From the NCBI GenBank assembly GCA_000091205.1, contig AP006501.2: a stretch of 64,000 nt of DNA; one strand, written 5' to 3'. The position numbers were made by a program, and so were the translations under genes. This document shows, in pieces, positions 1 to 9,991 of the stretch. Positions within the stretch are counted from its first letter, which is position 1; every line of letters begins with the position of its first letter. The notes beneath the pieces were generated by a model. That model did no database searches, was not told where the DNA came from, and worked only from the letters and a program-made list of their open reading frames with translations. The stretch is from Cyanidioschyzon merolae (Eukaryota).

Positions 1-680
1 GCGTTGCTCATTGGGAGGCGCCGTGAGAGGAGTATACCAAGTCCCGGTGGGCTCGTTTGCGAATGAATTTGTATTGTGGGAAGCATCGGGCATTCGCGAA
101 TTTTTTCAATCAACTGAGTGCCCTGAAGGAGAATCAAAGTGAGAGGTTGGTAGTGACGTACGGAGCAGGGCGCTGGATGACCCAAAAAGGAACTACGCCA
201 GCTCCAACGACGAGAACGTACAAGGAATGTGCAAGGCGTTTCGCTACGATGCCTGTAGATCGGTTCCGAACGTCCTATACACACCATGAACTGGGTTGTA
301 CACTACAGAGAGTCGAGATGGAAAAGTGCCAACGGAGCTTTGAGGACATAGCAAAGTACGGACCGATGACGGGGGAGCAAATGGAAACAAGGGCGAACGT
401 TCGTGGACTCCTTGCACTTGTTAGTACAGTCAATGGCAACGAAAAACGGATGGAGTATGTGAATCGTGACTTTAATGCCGCTCTCAATATAAGGAAATGT
501 GCGGTGCTGGAGAAAAGACCTCCAGAGTAGACAAGACGGAACTTTATCGGACAACCTCTCAAAGTCGAACTATATGAGAAAAAGTTGGAAGACGTAGTGG
601 GTGACCCGTCGAGAACGACTCGCAGCCGTCTGCACGTCAGTCGGACACGTCTTGTCCAAGGCGCAGTTGCTGCCACGACT
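1..680 (+). mobile_element. TnpB/Fanzor-like RuvC nuclease gene relic, copy A. Its 5' part is cut off by the window edge. ORF 57-530 is intact, and a frameshifted continuation runs to about 680.
   Basis: ORF 57-530 carries the TnpB/Cas12 'VDRFRTSYT' motif (compare VDPxyTSQTC), a degenerate zinc-finger region, and the RuvC-III motif 'NRDFNAALNIRK' (D-x-NAA-x-NI). After the stop, a +1 frame reads 'GQPLKVELYEKKLEDV', matching the C-terminal tails of copies B and C ('GHPLQLEVYTEKLKRTAG', 'GQPLRVEMYGEKVKSIAGG'). Confidence 0.5.
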
Positions 681-723
681 GTACACAGCCGGAAGCTGTG
701 ACTGAGATTACGCGAAAGCGCTC

Positions 724-1428
724 ATGGCGTCGACTGGATCTGCCCCTATTGAACACGCTCGGGAACCGTGTCCTGATCGGATTCTAGACGATGTCGGAGG
801 TGCGTTTTGCATGGGCGCCATCGGTGGTAGCATCTGGCACTTTGTAAAGGGCATGCGCAACTCCCCAAGGGGCCAGCGACTCCTGGGCAGCATCGACGCC
901 GTAAAGCTTCGCGCACCGACGCTCGGAGGCAGTTTTGCCGTCTGGGGCGGTCTTTTTTCCACTTTTGACTGTGCTATTGGCGGTCTACGCGGAGTCGAAG
1001 ACCCGTATAACGCCATCGCAAGCGGAGCGATCACCGGGGGTGTGCTCTCTGCGCGGAGCGGCCTCCGAGCGTCGGCACGCTCGGCGCTGATCGGTGGCGT
1101 CTTGCTAGCGATCATCGAAGGGCTCGGAATTATGTTGACCAGAATGACTGCGGAGATGGGCCCAACTCCGGAAGAGGTCGAGCGGATGCGGCGAGAGTTC
1201 GCGGAACAGCAGCATCGGCAGCGACTGGAAGGCGGTGCCGGTACCCGTACCGCCGACGGCTTTGCGGCTCCCGCTGATGAGCGTCTGGGCATGGGCGCGA
1301 ATGACGTCGTTTTGACAGAAAATTCTGGCGTTCGGGTCGGAGGCAGTGCGGACCCAAGCAGTCACAGTGGCCAGAACGAGCCTGAACGCCGCGGCGGTGG
1401 CTTTCTGCGTTCCCTTTTTGGTAGCTAG
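724..1428 (+). CDS. TIM17: Mitochondrial import inner membrane translocase subunit Tim17
   Basis: 234-aa ORF. Its N-terminus '[36 protein letters not shown]...[29 protein letters not shown]...[24 protein letters not shown]' fits the Tim17/Tim22/Tim23 family with typical Tim17 spacing. A Gly/Gln-rich C-terminal tail follows. Confidence 0.9.
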   Translation: MASTGSAPIEHAREPCPDRILDDVGGAFCMGAIGGSIWHFVKGMRNSPRGQRLLGSIDAVKLRAPTLGGSFAVWGGLFSTFDCAIGGLRGVEDPYNAIASGAITGGVLSARSGLRASARSALIGGVLLAIIEGLGIMLTRMTAEMGPTPEEVERMRREFAEQQHRQRLEGGAGTRTADGFAAPADERLGMGANDVVLTENSGVRVGGSADPSSHSGQNEPERRGGGFLRSLFGS

Positions 1429-2782
1429 GGTGACTGCGCTCGACACATGATTGATTGCTTGGAGGTCATACCGATGCCAGGAAACAGTCCGATTGAATAG
1501 AGAAGCTGGCGGAGCGCCGCTCGCTTTCGTTGCATGAACGATTGCCTGTTCTGGTCACTGCTGCGATGCAAATCCAGTGAAACTTGTGCTTGGTTGACGG
1601 CCTTGCATGCGATGAGGCCCGGCGTGAAACGCATTTTGGCTCGAGCAGCCCGCGTAACGTCGTCAGGGTTTCGAACTAGAGCGCGCTCGTTATCGACCAA
1701 GCAGCTGGATGCCAAGCTCGTTACAGAAGCGAGCGATCACCACGCGAAAACATTAAGAAACCCGTTGTGTCGTTCAAGTAGACTCAGTCGTATTTCAGAA
1801 TACCGCTCGCATCTTGCGGCCTTCAGTACAAGATTGAGCGTCCCTTAGCACGGTGAACCCGCAAGATTTGCCTGCTGCGATGAAGGCCCGCAGTGCCTTT
1901 CATCTCCGCAAAACGCAAACGATAGACAGGAGACGCCCCAGCGGAATCAACCTCGAAGCCTGTCAACGCTGATGGACACGACTCATTTGGAGCAGCGACA
2001 CAGTGCACCTTGCGGGCCGGTGCCATTTGGCCTTTAGGGAAATCCAAAACGACTCGTCCAAAGCGCAAGATGCACCATCCAGCCGGCCAAGGCGTCAGCA
2101 GTTTGGACGGTACGTATGCCGGCCGTGGCTGCCCGGCACTCGCAAACCAGGTGCACACACTGGATTCGACGCCCGCGTGACCCTAACGAGGCCCCCAGAG
2201 CGGAGCCTACTGCAGCCAAGCCATCCAAGTAGCACTGCAACATTCGCCGATGCGCAAAAATGTGCCGCATTTGAACCCGGCACTCAGGTCGAGCGCTTGT
2301 GCAGGGCCTCGGCCGACTCCCCCGAGGGGGCAGGCTCCAGAATCGCCGCTCCAACGCAGCACTCGACCGAATGATACGCTATACGAGACTTGAGCTTTCC
2401 GCGTCGCTTTTGCACACGTGTTCTGGGCTGCTTGGAAGCGACCCCAGTTGCTCGACGACATGCCCCGGTGGATGCTGCTCAGCGCTGTGGCATCAGGTCG
2501 GATGCATCGCCAGCTCCTGAAACGATGCCACATGAGGGTGACCCATCAGAGCGGGAGCGATCGCTCTCCATCGCCGGACACCAGTCCCTGCGTCCATATA
2601 CGAATCTGAAAATGTTGGTCATACTGAGTCTCCGGGGCGACCAGGGTGCCGCACCTACAGCACAGCGGCTGCTCGCGCGACGTCATCATGTTCTGCTGCG
2701 GAGGCCGCGTTCCCGCTGGGCACCGACCGAGGTTCGCGAACGCGTAAAGCTGCCGTCCAGTGCCTATCGCTGACCGATAGCT

Positions 2783-5700
2783 TTAGACGGAACGCCCAAA
2801 CCAGTGACGACACCGACGCTGGAGCACTTGCAGCGCGTGCTCGTTCGTTGCACCCTCAGCCTCCGCAGCGATGATCAGGAGACGTTCGGCCAGATCAAGA
2901 ACGGCTTCACCGCAGCTCTCTCCGACTTGTGGCAAGTTGTGGCCAGTCAGGGGCCACGGACAGGCGTCTACCAACGCCGCAGAGCCTGTCCAAGCAACGT
3001 CCGGCGAATCAAGCATCGAACCTGCATCCTGGAGGAGATCATTCACGAGCACAGCGTCCGTGTAGAGCTCCCAGACGAGTTGCAAATCCACCGGCCGAAC
3101 GAGTTGCGTTGCGGTAACCGGCTGGATCAGTTCCTGTGCAGCAGCTGCGGGGCATGCGACACCAGCAAAGCCGTTCGCAAAAGCGAAAAGGTTCCGCTCT
3201 ACAATCAGGGTCAGACATTCCGCATCCAACGCATTGTGACGTTGCATCCGCCGCGACAAAGTGCGTTCCAGCGCCAGCATGGTATCGTAACGGAGGGTGC
3301 ATTCGAGTAACCGCACATAGAGCGCAAAACATCGAAACTGCCAGTACGCAAAGCAGTGGTTATCGTAGAGCAACGGTGCATGCGGCAACTGCTCCGGTGC
3401 TACCAGATACCGGTGGTTCCACATCAACCAAAAATAGCCGTGCCGCGAAGCGCTCGACGCATCCACACGAAACAACGGCTCCAGGGCAGTGATCGCTCGC
3501 GCAGCGTCCTGATAACCACAAAAGACGCCCAAGGCGTACAGGTAGGCACTGCGATACGACGGCAGCTCAGCAAGTTGCGTCAGCACAGACCCAAGCTCAT
3601 CGTTCGATCCATTCGACCTCGTCGACCGCGTCGTCGTCGTTCCAGGATGTGCGCTCTTCGAACTCGGGATCCAACCGAGCGCTTGGTAGAGCGCATTCGC
3701 CAGCACTGCGAGTCGGTACTCGAGCCACGGTGAGTACTGCAACTGGGCCTGGCCGTGCAGTTGCTGAGAAAGTCGCGGCAAAGCGTGTTCATAGCGCGCA
3801 AGTCGTTCGGCGATACGCTCGACACTGCTTGCGTACGACACGGGGGGCGCGGCTTCGCCAACCTCCCGTAACCATTGCCAGTAATCGAGCAGAAGCGCTA
3901 CTTCTGACTCCGCTGCTGGTGCGTCTTCCGCATCCGGGGTATCGTCTTTCCCGTGCGCTTGTTCCCGCAATGTGCACAGCAGGTTGGGCATGGAAGCACG
4001 CGCGGATTCAACTGCGCGCTTTGTATCCGGCGCAAGTGTATCCCAAGCAGCAGCCGGGATATGTATCGGAAGTAAGAGATAGGCACAGTAGAGTGCCTCC
4101 CAGTGAGCAGCAGTATGGACAGCGTGAGCGTTTGGTGTACGTTTTGCGCCCGTGGCGTGTCTGCATGAAACGGAAGCGGCTGCTTCAGGAGCCGACGCGT
4201 GTCCAGCGGTACCGCTGTGGCTCGTCATTATGATTACTGCATCCGGGGCGTGTTTGTTGCCACCAGACGCGATCGTCTGAACGCCCACAGCGAACCGATG
4301 TGCTGTGAGCAGCCACTCCACGTACCTGTGAAGACGAAAGCGGTTCGCGTTGCCAATAAGTTCCGCTGTTTCCAGTGAAAACTGTGCAGCATGACGCATA
4401 CAGGTCGCCAGTGCCAGTGTTAACTCGGAATCATCGAGTCGCGGACAGAGTGCGCGTCTGTCCTCGAGGTTTGATACTTCCGAGTTGCATGCGAGCTGCT
4501 GCTCGGTACGCTCAATCGTACCTTTGCCGGGATGATCAGCAACGATGCCAACAGCCGCGGTAGCAGCCTCAGAAGACGGAGCATCTATCGCAGAGGCAGA
4601 GGTATCTCGTGAAACAGCTTCCGGATCGACAGCCTCGACCGCTGCTACTCCTGCTTCGGATGCATTGCCCGAGCCGGTTGCTTTCCTTTGCGTTGCTGCC
4701 GCGGGAGCAGAAGCCGCTGTGCCCATTTCTGTAGCTGGCGTCGGGGCTGCGGCTGTCTCCGATGCTGTTTCCGTTGACGACTTGGCTGCACCGGGCGACT
4801 CGTGCCGTGTCGCCCGAAAATACGGGCTAATTCGTGGGGCTGGGTTGTCGGCCTCAGGGGACAACAGCCCCTGTAGGCGCTTCCGGCCAACACATCGTTC
4901 TTGCTGCGGAGCATCCTGCTTCAAAGCTGCCGATCCAATGAAGAAAGGAAGCAGCAACTCAATGAGTGTCTGAAGCGCGTCTAGCAGCTCGGTTGGTAGC
5001 AGTCGAGCCCGTCGCTCTGGTTCAGCCACTCTCTTGTACTCCAGGTCCAGGTACTCCATCTGCAGCCGGAAATGATACAGAAGCAGATCCCGATAACAGG
5101 GCAACAGATAGCGCTGCTCGATACCGCTTGCTGCTTGGATCAATTTCCCAGTCCATTGCCATAGCGTGCGAATACGGGGTCGTGAGCGACTCGCGAGCAC
5201 GTCGTCAAGTTCGGACTGACCGAGGGTCAGCGCCGGACAGAGCGCCTCCGGTGGAAGCACCATCTGCTCTGGACGCAGCGCTCTAGCCAAGGTCCATGCA
5301 CTGCAACTCGCTGCCACTGGTGGACCAGATTTCAGTCCGATCGCTGAGCAGTCTAGGCCATAAAGCACATGCAGGCATTGAATGCGCTCCCAGTCGAGAC
5401 GCGAAAACCAAGAAGGATCCCATTCCGGACTACACAGCGAACATCCAAGAAACCAACGCGCTCCTTGCTCTGCAGAGAGCCGCTCCCACAGCATTCCCGC
5501 ATAGAGCTGGTAAAGGAGGCTACAAGCCTGCCGCATTCGTTCGGAGGCTCTTCGTTCCATGGACAAGGCCGTCCCACGCTGTAGCCGCAGCGCCAAGCCG
5601 TGCAGAAGCTGATGCAGAAACGCACCGGCGGAGCAGCGAACAGCTTCATCCGAGTCTGAGAAAGCGTGCGTTCGGATGAAACGCTCTCGCCCAACAACAA

Positions 5701-8700
5701 AGAGACCAAACACTGCCGCCCATTCGACCAGGAGCTGATCATGCAGGTTTTGCTCAATGATCGACTCGGACGGGGCTACATCCCAGAGCAAGTCTAGGAT
5801 TCGCGGCAACGACACGCCGAGCATCTGATAGAGTTTGTGGCGCAGCTGAGCTGGCACCACGAGTGTCGCTTTCCCCAGGGCGTCAAGTTCCCGACGCAAG
5901 CTCTGCGCTAGAGCGGCTAGCTTTCGCCAGCGTGAAAGCGACGGCTCCCTACTGCGCTGGGCTTGCGCTTCCAATCGCGGAGACGAGTCCGGAGAGCGTG
6001 CAGTCGGAGCTGCAGACGCTGAAGCGGTTGCCGCCGTGACTCGCAACGTTACGCGCTGCAGCTCCTGCGCGGCAACGACTGCAGCACCGCCGGCATAGCG
6101 CGACAACAGCTGCCGCAATCTGACCTGAACAGTCTCGATTGGAAGATCCAAAAACGACAAGAGACGCATGAGCATCGCTTCCGAGTCCAGCATCTCGGTC
6201 TGAAACGTATCCTCGGAGGCGCCTAAACTCTTCCAGAGTTGTTCGAAGGCCGCATACTGGAGGCATCGAAGCAGGTCTATCTTGCCTAGGTGCAGCGATG
6301 TTTCTTCGGGGAGAGCGGCGTGCTCGAGGAGCTGATCCGGATGCAAGCCCGCCATCCAGCTGCATAGCACCTGGCATGCACTCGTTGCCTCCGGTCCGTT
6401 CTCCGCTGCAGTCGATGCGGAAACGCTACGGCAGCGCTCCTGTGCTCGACACGCCTCAGCGGATGCCAGCTGGGAAGCGTTCCCCGATGCCTCTGGCAAC
6501 TCCAGCAGTGCAGTGGATGCTGACGCTCGCCGGCGCAAGCGCCAGGCGCGCAGCAGCCTCTCGACTGGAGCATCGCTCTCCGTTACAGACATATCCTCGC
6601 AGAGCGGCGAGGTATCCTCGAAAACAAGTGCGTGTGTGGCTGTCGTCCCTGTGACAGGTGCAACCGTGTTCCTGCACCCCAGCGAAACAGACCCCTGAAT
6701 GGCTGTTTCCGTCCTTGCCGGATATTTCCCCGATGCTCGCCCGAAACGCTCCGTTGCTGCGTCATTTTGCAGCGCGTGTGCAGTGTCATCTGCAGTGTCT
6801 TTGGGATGCACTTCATCCGCTACGAACTGGCCTGCGGCGTGCCGCGGAACGGATATCTGCGACACCGATACCCCCGCAGCTGTGCTCTCATTCGCTTTGC
6901 TGGGTTCAGTCTGGTATTCTGCTTCCATGCTTGCTGCGATCGTGCATTCATTGTATCCGCTGGATGCTTGCAAAGCCTCTCTCTCAGCACAGGCTGACTG
7001 CTGACTGGTTGGCGGCTCCTGTGGCGACACCGATACCCGCTGAAGGCGCCCTGATGTACAACGTTTCCCTGCACTGTCCACGAAATGCGCTTCAGAAACG
7101 GTCGTATGATCACGTTGCAGGCGCTGAACATCTTCCCAGAGCGCGAGCGCTCTCTTGAGCGCATCCATCGCAGCGTTCCAATGCTTTTGCCGCAGCAAGT
7201 TCAGGGCGTGCAGGTACATGTACCGAATGAGCAACAGCATACGGATCGTGCTTGAAGGCAACAGGCCCTCCCGCATATAACCATCAAAGCAGGCTCGCGT
7301 CCTTGTGAGGACGTCGTCCACCAGTGACCAGTCTCCCGCCCAGAACGCAACCTCCAGGAGCGCTAGGCTACGCCACATCCATACCAGCCACCAGTGAGCG
7401 CGTTCCTCTTGTGGTATCGCGCTAGACGCTGGCGTGCCTAGCACGAACGACCCGGTACCGTTCGGATGCCAACTGATCCATAAATGATAAAGGCGACAGA
7501 GCTTTCGCGCTAGCGTCGTACGCATTCGCACTGGAATCGTCATCATTCGATCAAGTGCTTCGCCTAGTATTCGGTTCACGAGCGTTGTAAGCGGCAGAAG
7601 CGACTCGTGGAACTGAAAAGGCGCTCCCACGGAGCGCACAGCGTCGATGATTGTTGCGTTAGCTACCCGAGCTGTGGGCGTCTCTTGAACAGACTCGATC
7701 ACTTGTGCTGCCTGTGATGATGAAGCCGGATTCTGCTGCTCGGTAGCATCGTAGTCACGCAAGGCGTCGTGCAGCTGGCAACGCAGCTGTTCTAGAACTG
7801 CTGCTGCCTCTGGTGTTGCAGTTGCAGAAGCCGCATCTTGGTCGTTGGATGGCAGCAAACGCGATGCTGGTGCCGCTCCGTTGGCACCTGCGCCTCCGGG
7901 AATCTCACCAGCTGATATTCCTGCAATAATCATGGAACGTGGGACTGAAGAACTTCTAAGCGAAGCCTCTGTCTCGTACCGAAGAGACCGACGCGTTCTA
8001 CGGGCAGGTGACTCGCTTTCCGCAGTGGAAACACCAGCGCGGTTTGGCTCTGAACAAGTTTCCCCCGAACGGGAGCTTCGCGCCGGAGGCACCGTCGCCA
8101 CCGCCACCACCTGAGGGTCGCTCTCTACGCCGCCTCCTTGACACGTGGAGCATATTCCCCGTTGCTGCTGCTGCTGCTGCTGCATTGCTTCGTTCACCGT
8201 GACTGCAGCCGTTGCACTAGCAGCTCGACCGCGTGTCGAGGCCGTCAATGACGTCACAGGGTCACTGGTTGTACCACGAGTCGATTCGCATGCCGTTCGT
8301 TTCGAATGCTTGTGTTCCACTGGCTGCCGCTCTGCCGCTTCTGAGCCTTCCCTGGGTGATTCGCTAGCACCAGATGCACGGAGCTTGTTCGGTAACTTGG
8401 TCACTATCGCTTTCTTTGACGTTAATCCAGGCGCCGACTCTTGCGCCTCGGCCGGAACGCATGCACCTGCACGAAGCATGCCGCTATCCACCCGTTCTGA
8501 CACGCCTTCCTGCACGAACGAAGAAGATTCCGTCGTTGTCCGCATCACAGTAGCCACTCTTCCCGCCACCTGTTCAAAGGATGCAGCATCATCACCAACA
8601 CCACTAGACGGAAGCGCTGCAGCTCCTACACTAGAGAGCGGGGAGCGTCGAGCATCCGTTACGTGCCCGTGCGCGCCTTTGGCAGAAAAAGATGCTGCGG

Positions 8701-9991
8701 TTTCGCGTTCATCCCGTATGAACACATTGGCGGTGAGCAGCGGCTCTGCTGTATCCATTGCAAGACGCTTGTGTACCAATTGATCCACTTGATCGACTAC
8801 ATCGAAAACCAGTGCTCCGTCGTCATCCATTGGTATGATAGACAACACCGACGACTGCGACGATTCAGTTGCCTTCTCGCCCTGTGATTGTCGACGCCTC
8901 GTTCCTGCTGCCTCGCTTTCCAGCGTTTCATGCCGGCGTTTTCGTCGCCACGCCGCACTGCTCGCATGCGCTAGACAAGTAACTAGTCGTCGGTGCAGCT
9001 GTCTAAAAAGAATATTCCAGGCTGGCAGCGCCTTCTCGCTCTGACGCAGCAGTGCACGCGTCTGGCGCAGGGCGAAACAACACGCGCCTCGATACCCTGC
9101 AGCTTCAGCAGTAGCTGCGGCCTTCAGCCACAACAGCACGGTTTTCGGTTGGTAGTGCGTTGCCTTCGCGTACGCTTCGAAGGCTGCTGCGGGTTCACCG
9201 ATCCGTTCGTATACTTGTCCCAGGCTCCAGGCGCTCAGGTAACCTAGCCGCTTGATCCACGGGGCATCTCCCCGCTGCGGTCGGGAACTTGCCGACTCCA
9301 ACTTTTGTTGCTCAGCGAGCAGTCGCAAGACTCGTTCAAAACCGCTCGCTGCCTCGCTGAAACGTCCGTCTGCGAAAGCCTCGGCAGCTTGCGAGTATAG
9401 CCCTCGTAGTTCCGGCTCTAGCGGGAGTTTGGACGCAGGTTGATCACGTGTTACTTTGCTGGTTGCTTTCTCAGTTGATTCAATAGCAGATGCTGGCGCA
9501 AACCCCAGCATCTTCACACCCTGAGCCTTGTCAAGTCCAGTGAAGAGTGCGCGGGAACAACACGGCGTCGGTTTTTTTAATGGTGCGCACGAGCTATCAA
9601 CGTTTCGCTTTTTTTCGTTCTTCCGTGGACTCGGTTCAGATGAAAACGGAACCCTGAAGAGCGCGCTCGATTCGTTCATGCCGTCTTTCTTCCCCGGGAT
9701 TTTGGTACCTGTAAAGACTTGATATTCAATGAGCAGCATAGGAAGGTTTGCGGACTCATAGATTGGACTTGGATTCTCGGGCGTGTTTTCAGTTTGGCTG
9801 TTTCGACTTGCCGCCGCTGGGACATGAACGGTTCGCATCATCACGATGATTTGCGACGACCTCGAGCAACAGTTCGCAAAATACCCGAGCTTGTTATCGA
9901 TTCCATACATGGAAACGCCACTGTTCTCGCTTCGCTCTCCATAATATCCTCGAACCTGGTACGCCTCACCTGCTGGATCTTCAATCACCAA
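2783..9991 (-). CDS. Giant 2402-aa protein, low-complexity (Ala/Ser/Gln-rich) with N-terminal TPR-like repeats. It may be an HIR3/CABIN1-like scaffold, but identity is unresolved.
   Basis: One uninterrupted 7.2-kb ORF. TPR-like segment 'WSLGQVYERIGEPAAAFEAYAKATHYQPKTVLLWLKAAATAEAAG'. A polyQ run is encoded by (CTG)n at 8163-8185. The first ~118 codons lie inside the duplicated segment 9636-10958. Confidence 0.55.
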   Translation of the reverse strand: MVIEDPAGEAYQVRGYYGERSENSGVSMYGIDNKLGYFANCCSRSSQIIVMMRTVHVPAAASRNSQTENTPENPSPIYESANLPMLLIEYQVFTGTKIPGKKDGMNESSALFRVPFSSEPSPRKNEKKRNVDSSCAPLKKPTPCCSRALFTGLDKAQGVKMLGFAPASAIESTEKATSKVTRDQPASKLPLEPELRGLYSQAAEAFADGRFSEAASGFERVLRLLAEQQKLESASSRPQRGDAPWIKRLGYLSAWSLGQVYERIGEPAAAFEAYAKATHYQPKTVLLWLKAAATAEAAGYRGACCFALRQTRALLRQSEKALPAWNILFRQLHRRLVTCLAHASSAAWRRKRRHETLESEAAGTRRRQSQGEKATESSQSSVLSIIPMDDDGALVFDVVDQVDQLVHKRLAMDTAEPLLTANVFIRDERETAASFSAKGAHGHVTDARRSPLSSVGAAALPSSGVGDDAASFEQVAGRVATVMRTTTESSSFVQEGVSERVDSGMLRAGACVPAEAQESAPGLTSKKAIVTKLPNKLRASGASESPREGSEAAERQPVEHKHSKRTACESTRGTTSDPVTSLTASTRGRAASATAAVTVNEAMQQQQQQQRGICSTCQGGGVESDPQVVAVATVPPARSSRSGETCSEPNRAGVSTAESESPARRTRRSLRYETEASLRSSSVPRSMIIAGISAGEIPGGAGANGAAPASRLLPSNDQDAASATATPEAAAVLEQLRCQLHDALRDYDATEQQNPASSSQAAQVIESVQETPTARVANATIIDAVRSVGAPFQFHESLLPLTTLVNRILGEALDRMMTIPVRMRTTLARKLCRLYHLWISWHPNGTGSFVLGTPASSAIPQEERAHWWLVWMWRSLALLEVAFWAGDWSLVDDVLTRTRACFDGYMREGLLPSSTIRMLLLIRYMYLHALNLLRQKHWNAAMDALKRALALWEDVQRLQRDHTTVSEAHFVDSAGKRCTSGRLQRVSVSPQEPPTSQQSACAEREALQASSGYNECTIAASMEAEYQTEPSKANESTAAGVSVSQISVPRHAAGQFVADEVHPKDTADDTAHALQNDAATERFGRASGKYPARTETAIQGSVSLGCRNTVAPVTGTTATHALVFEDTSPLCEDMSVTESDAPVERLLRAWRLRRRASASTALLELPEASGNASQLASAEACRAQERCRSVSASTAAENGPEATSACQVLCSWMAGLHPDQLLEHAALPEETSLHLGKIDLLRCLQYAAFEQLWKSLGASEDTFQTEMLDSEAMLMRLLSFLDLPIETVQVRLRQLLSRYAGGAAVVAAQELQRVTLRVTAATASASAAPTARSPDSSPRLEAQAQRSREPSLSRWRKLAALAQSLRRELDALGKATLVVPAQLRHKLYQMLGVSLPRILDLLWDVAPSESIIEQNLHDQLLVEWAAVFGLFVVGRERFIRTHAFSDSDEAVRCSAGAFLHQLLHGLALRLQRGTALSMERRASERMRQACSLLYQLYAGMLWERLSAEQGARWFLGCSLCSPEWDPSWFSRLDWERIQCLHVLYGLDCSAIGLKSGPPVAASCSAWTLARALRPEQMVLPPEALCPALTLGQSELDDVLASRSRPRIRTLWQWTGKLIQAASGIEQRYLLPCYRDLLLYHFRLQMEYLDLEYKRVAEPERRARLLPTELLDALQTLIELLLPFFIGSAALKQDAPQQERCVGRKRLQGLLSPEADNPAPRISPYFRATRHESPGAAKSSTETASETAAAPTPATEMGTAASAPAAATQRKATGSGNASEAGVAAVEAVDPEAVSRDTSASAIDAPSSEAATAAVGIVADHPGKGTIERTEQQLACNSEVSNLEDRRALCPRLDDSELTLALATCMRHAAQFSLETAELIGNANRFRLHRYVEWLLTAHRFAVGVQTIASGGNKHAPDAVIIMTSHSGTAGHASAPEAAASVSCRHATGAKRTPNAHAVHTAAHWEALYCAYLLLPIHIPAAAWDTLAPDTKRAVESARASMPNLLCTLREQAHGKDDTPDAEDAPAAESEVALLLDYWQWLREVGEAAPPVSYASSVERIAERLARYEHALPRLSQQLHGQAQLQYSPWLEYRLAVLANALYQALGWIPSSKSAHPGTTTTRSTRSNGSNDELGSVLTQLAELPSYRSAYLYALGVFCGYQDAARAITALEPLFRVDASSASRHGYFWLMWNHRYLVAPEQLPHAPLLYDNHCFAYWQFRCFALYVRLLECTLRYDTMLALERTLSRRMQRHNALDAECLTLIVERNLFAFANGFAGVACPAAAAQELIQPVTATQLVRPVDLQLVWELYTDAVLVNDLLQDAGSMLDSPDVAWTGSAALVDACPWPLTGHNLPQVGESCGEAVLDLAERLLIIAAEAEGATNEHALQVLQRRCRHWFGRSV

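Noticed and set aside
57-530. Copy A read as a complete small TnpB with intact zinc finger
   Set aside because: The CxxC...CxxC finger is degenerate ('THHELGC...EKC'), RuvC-I is not present in the window, and the C-terminal tail is frameshifted. It was therefore called a relic, not a functional gene.
708-1292. Long antisense or overlapping ORFs across real genes (for example 708-1292 (-) over Tim17, 14808-15452 (-) over IPT, 53295-54173 (+) over TrhO-OMT)
   Set aside because: These are expected by-products of high GC content and the rarity of stop codons. The sense frames carry the family motifs and the antisense frames are low-complexity.
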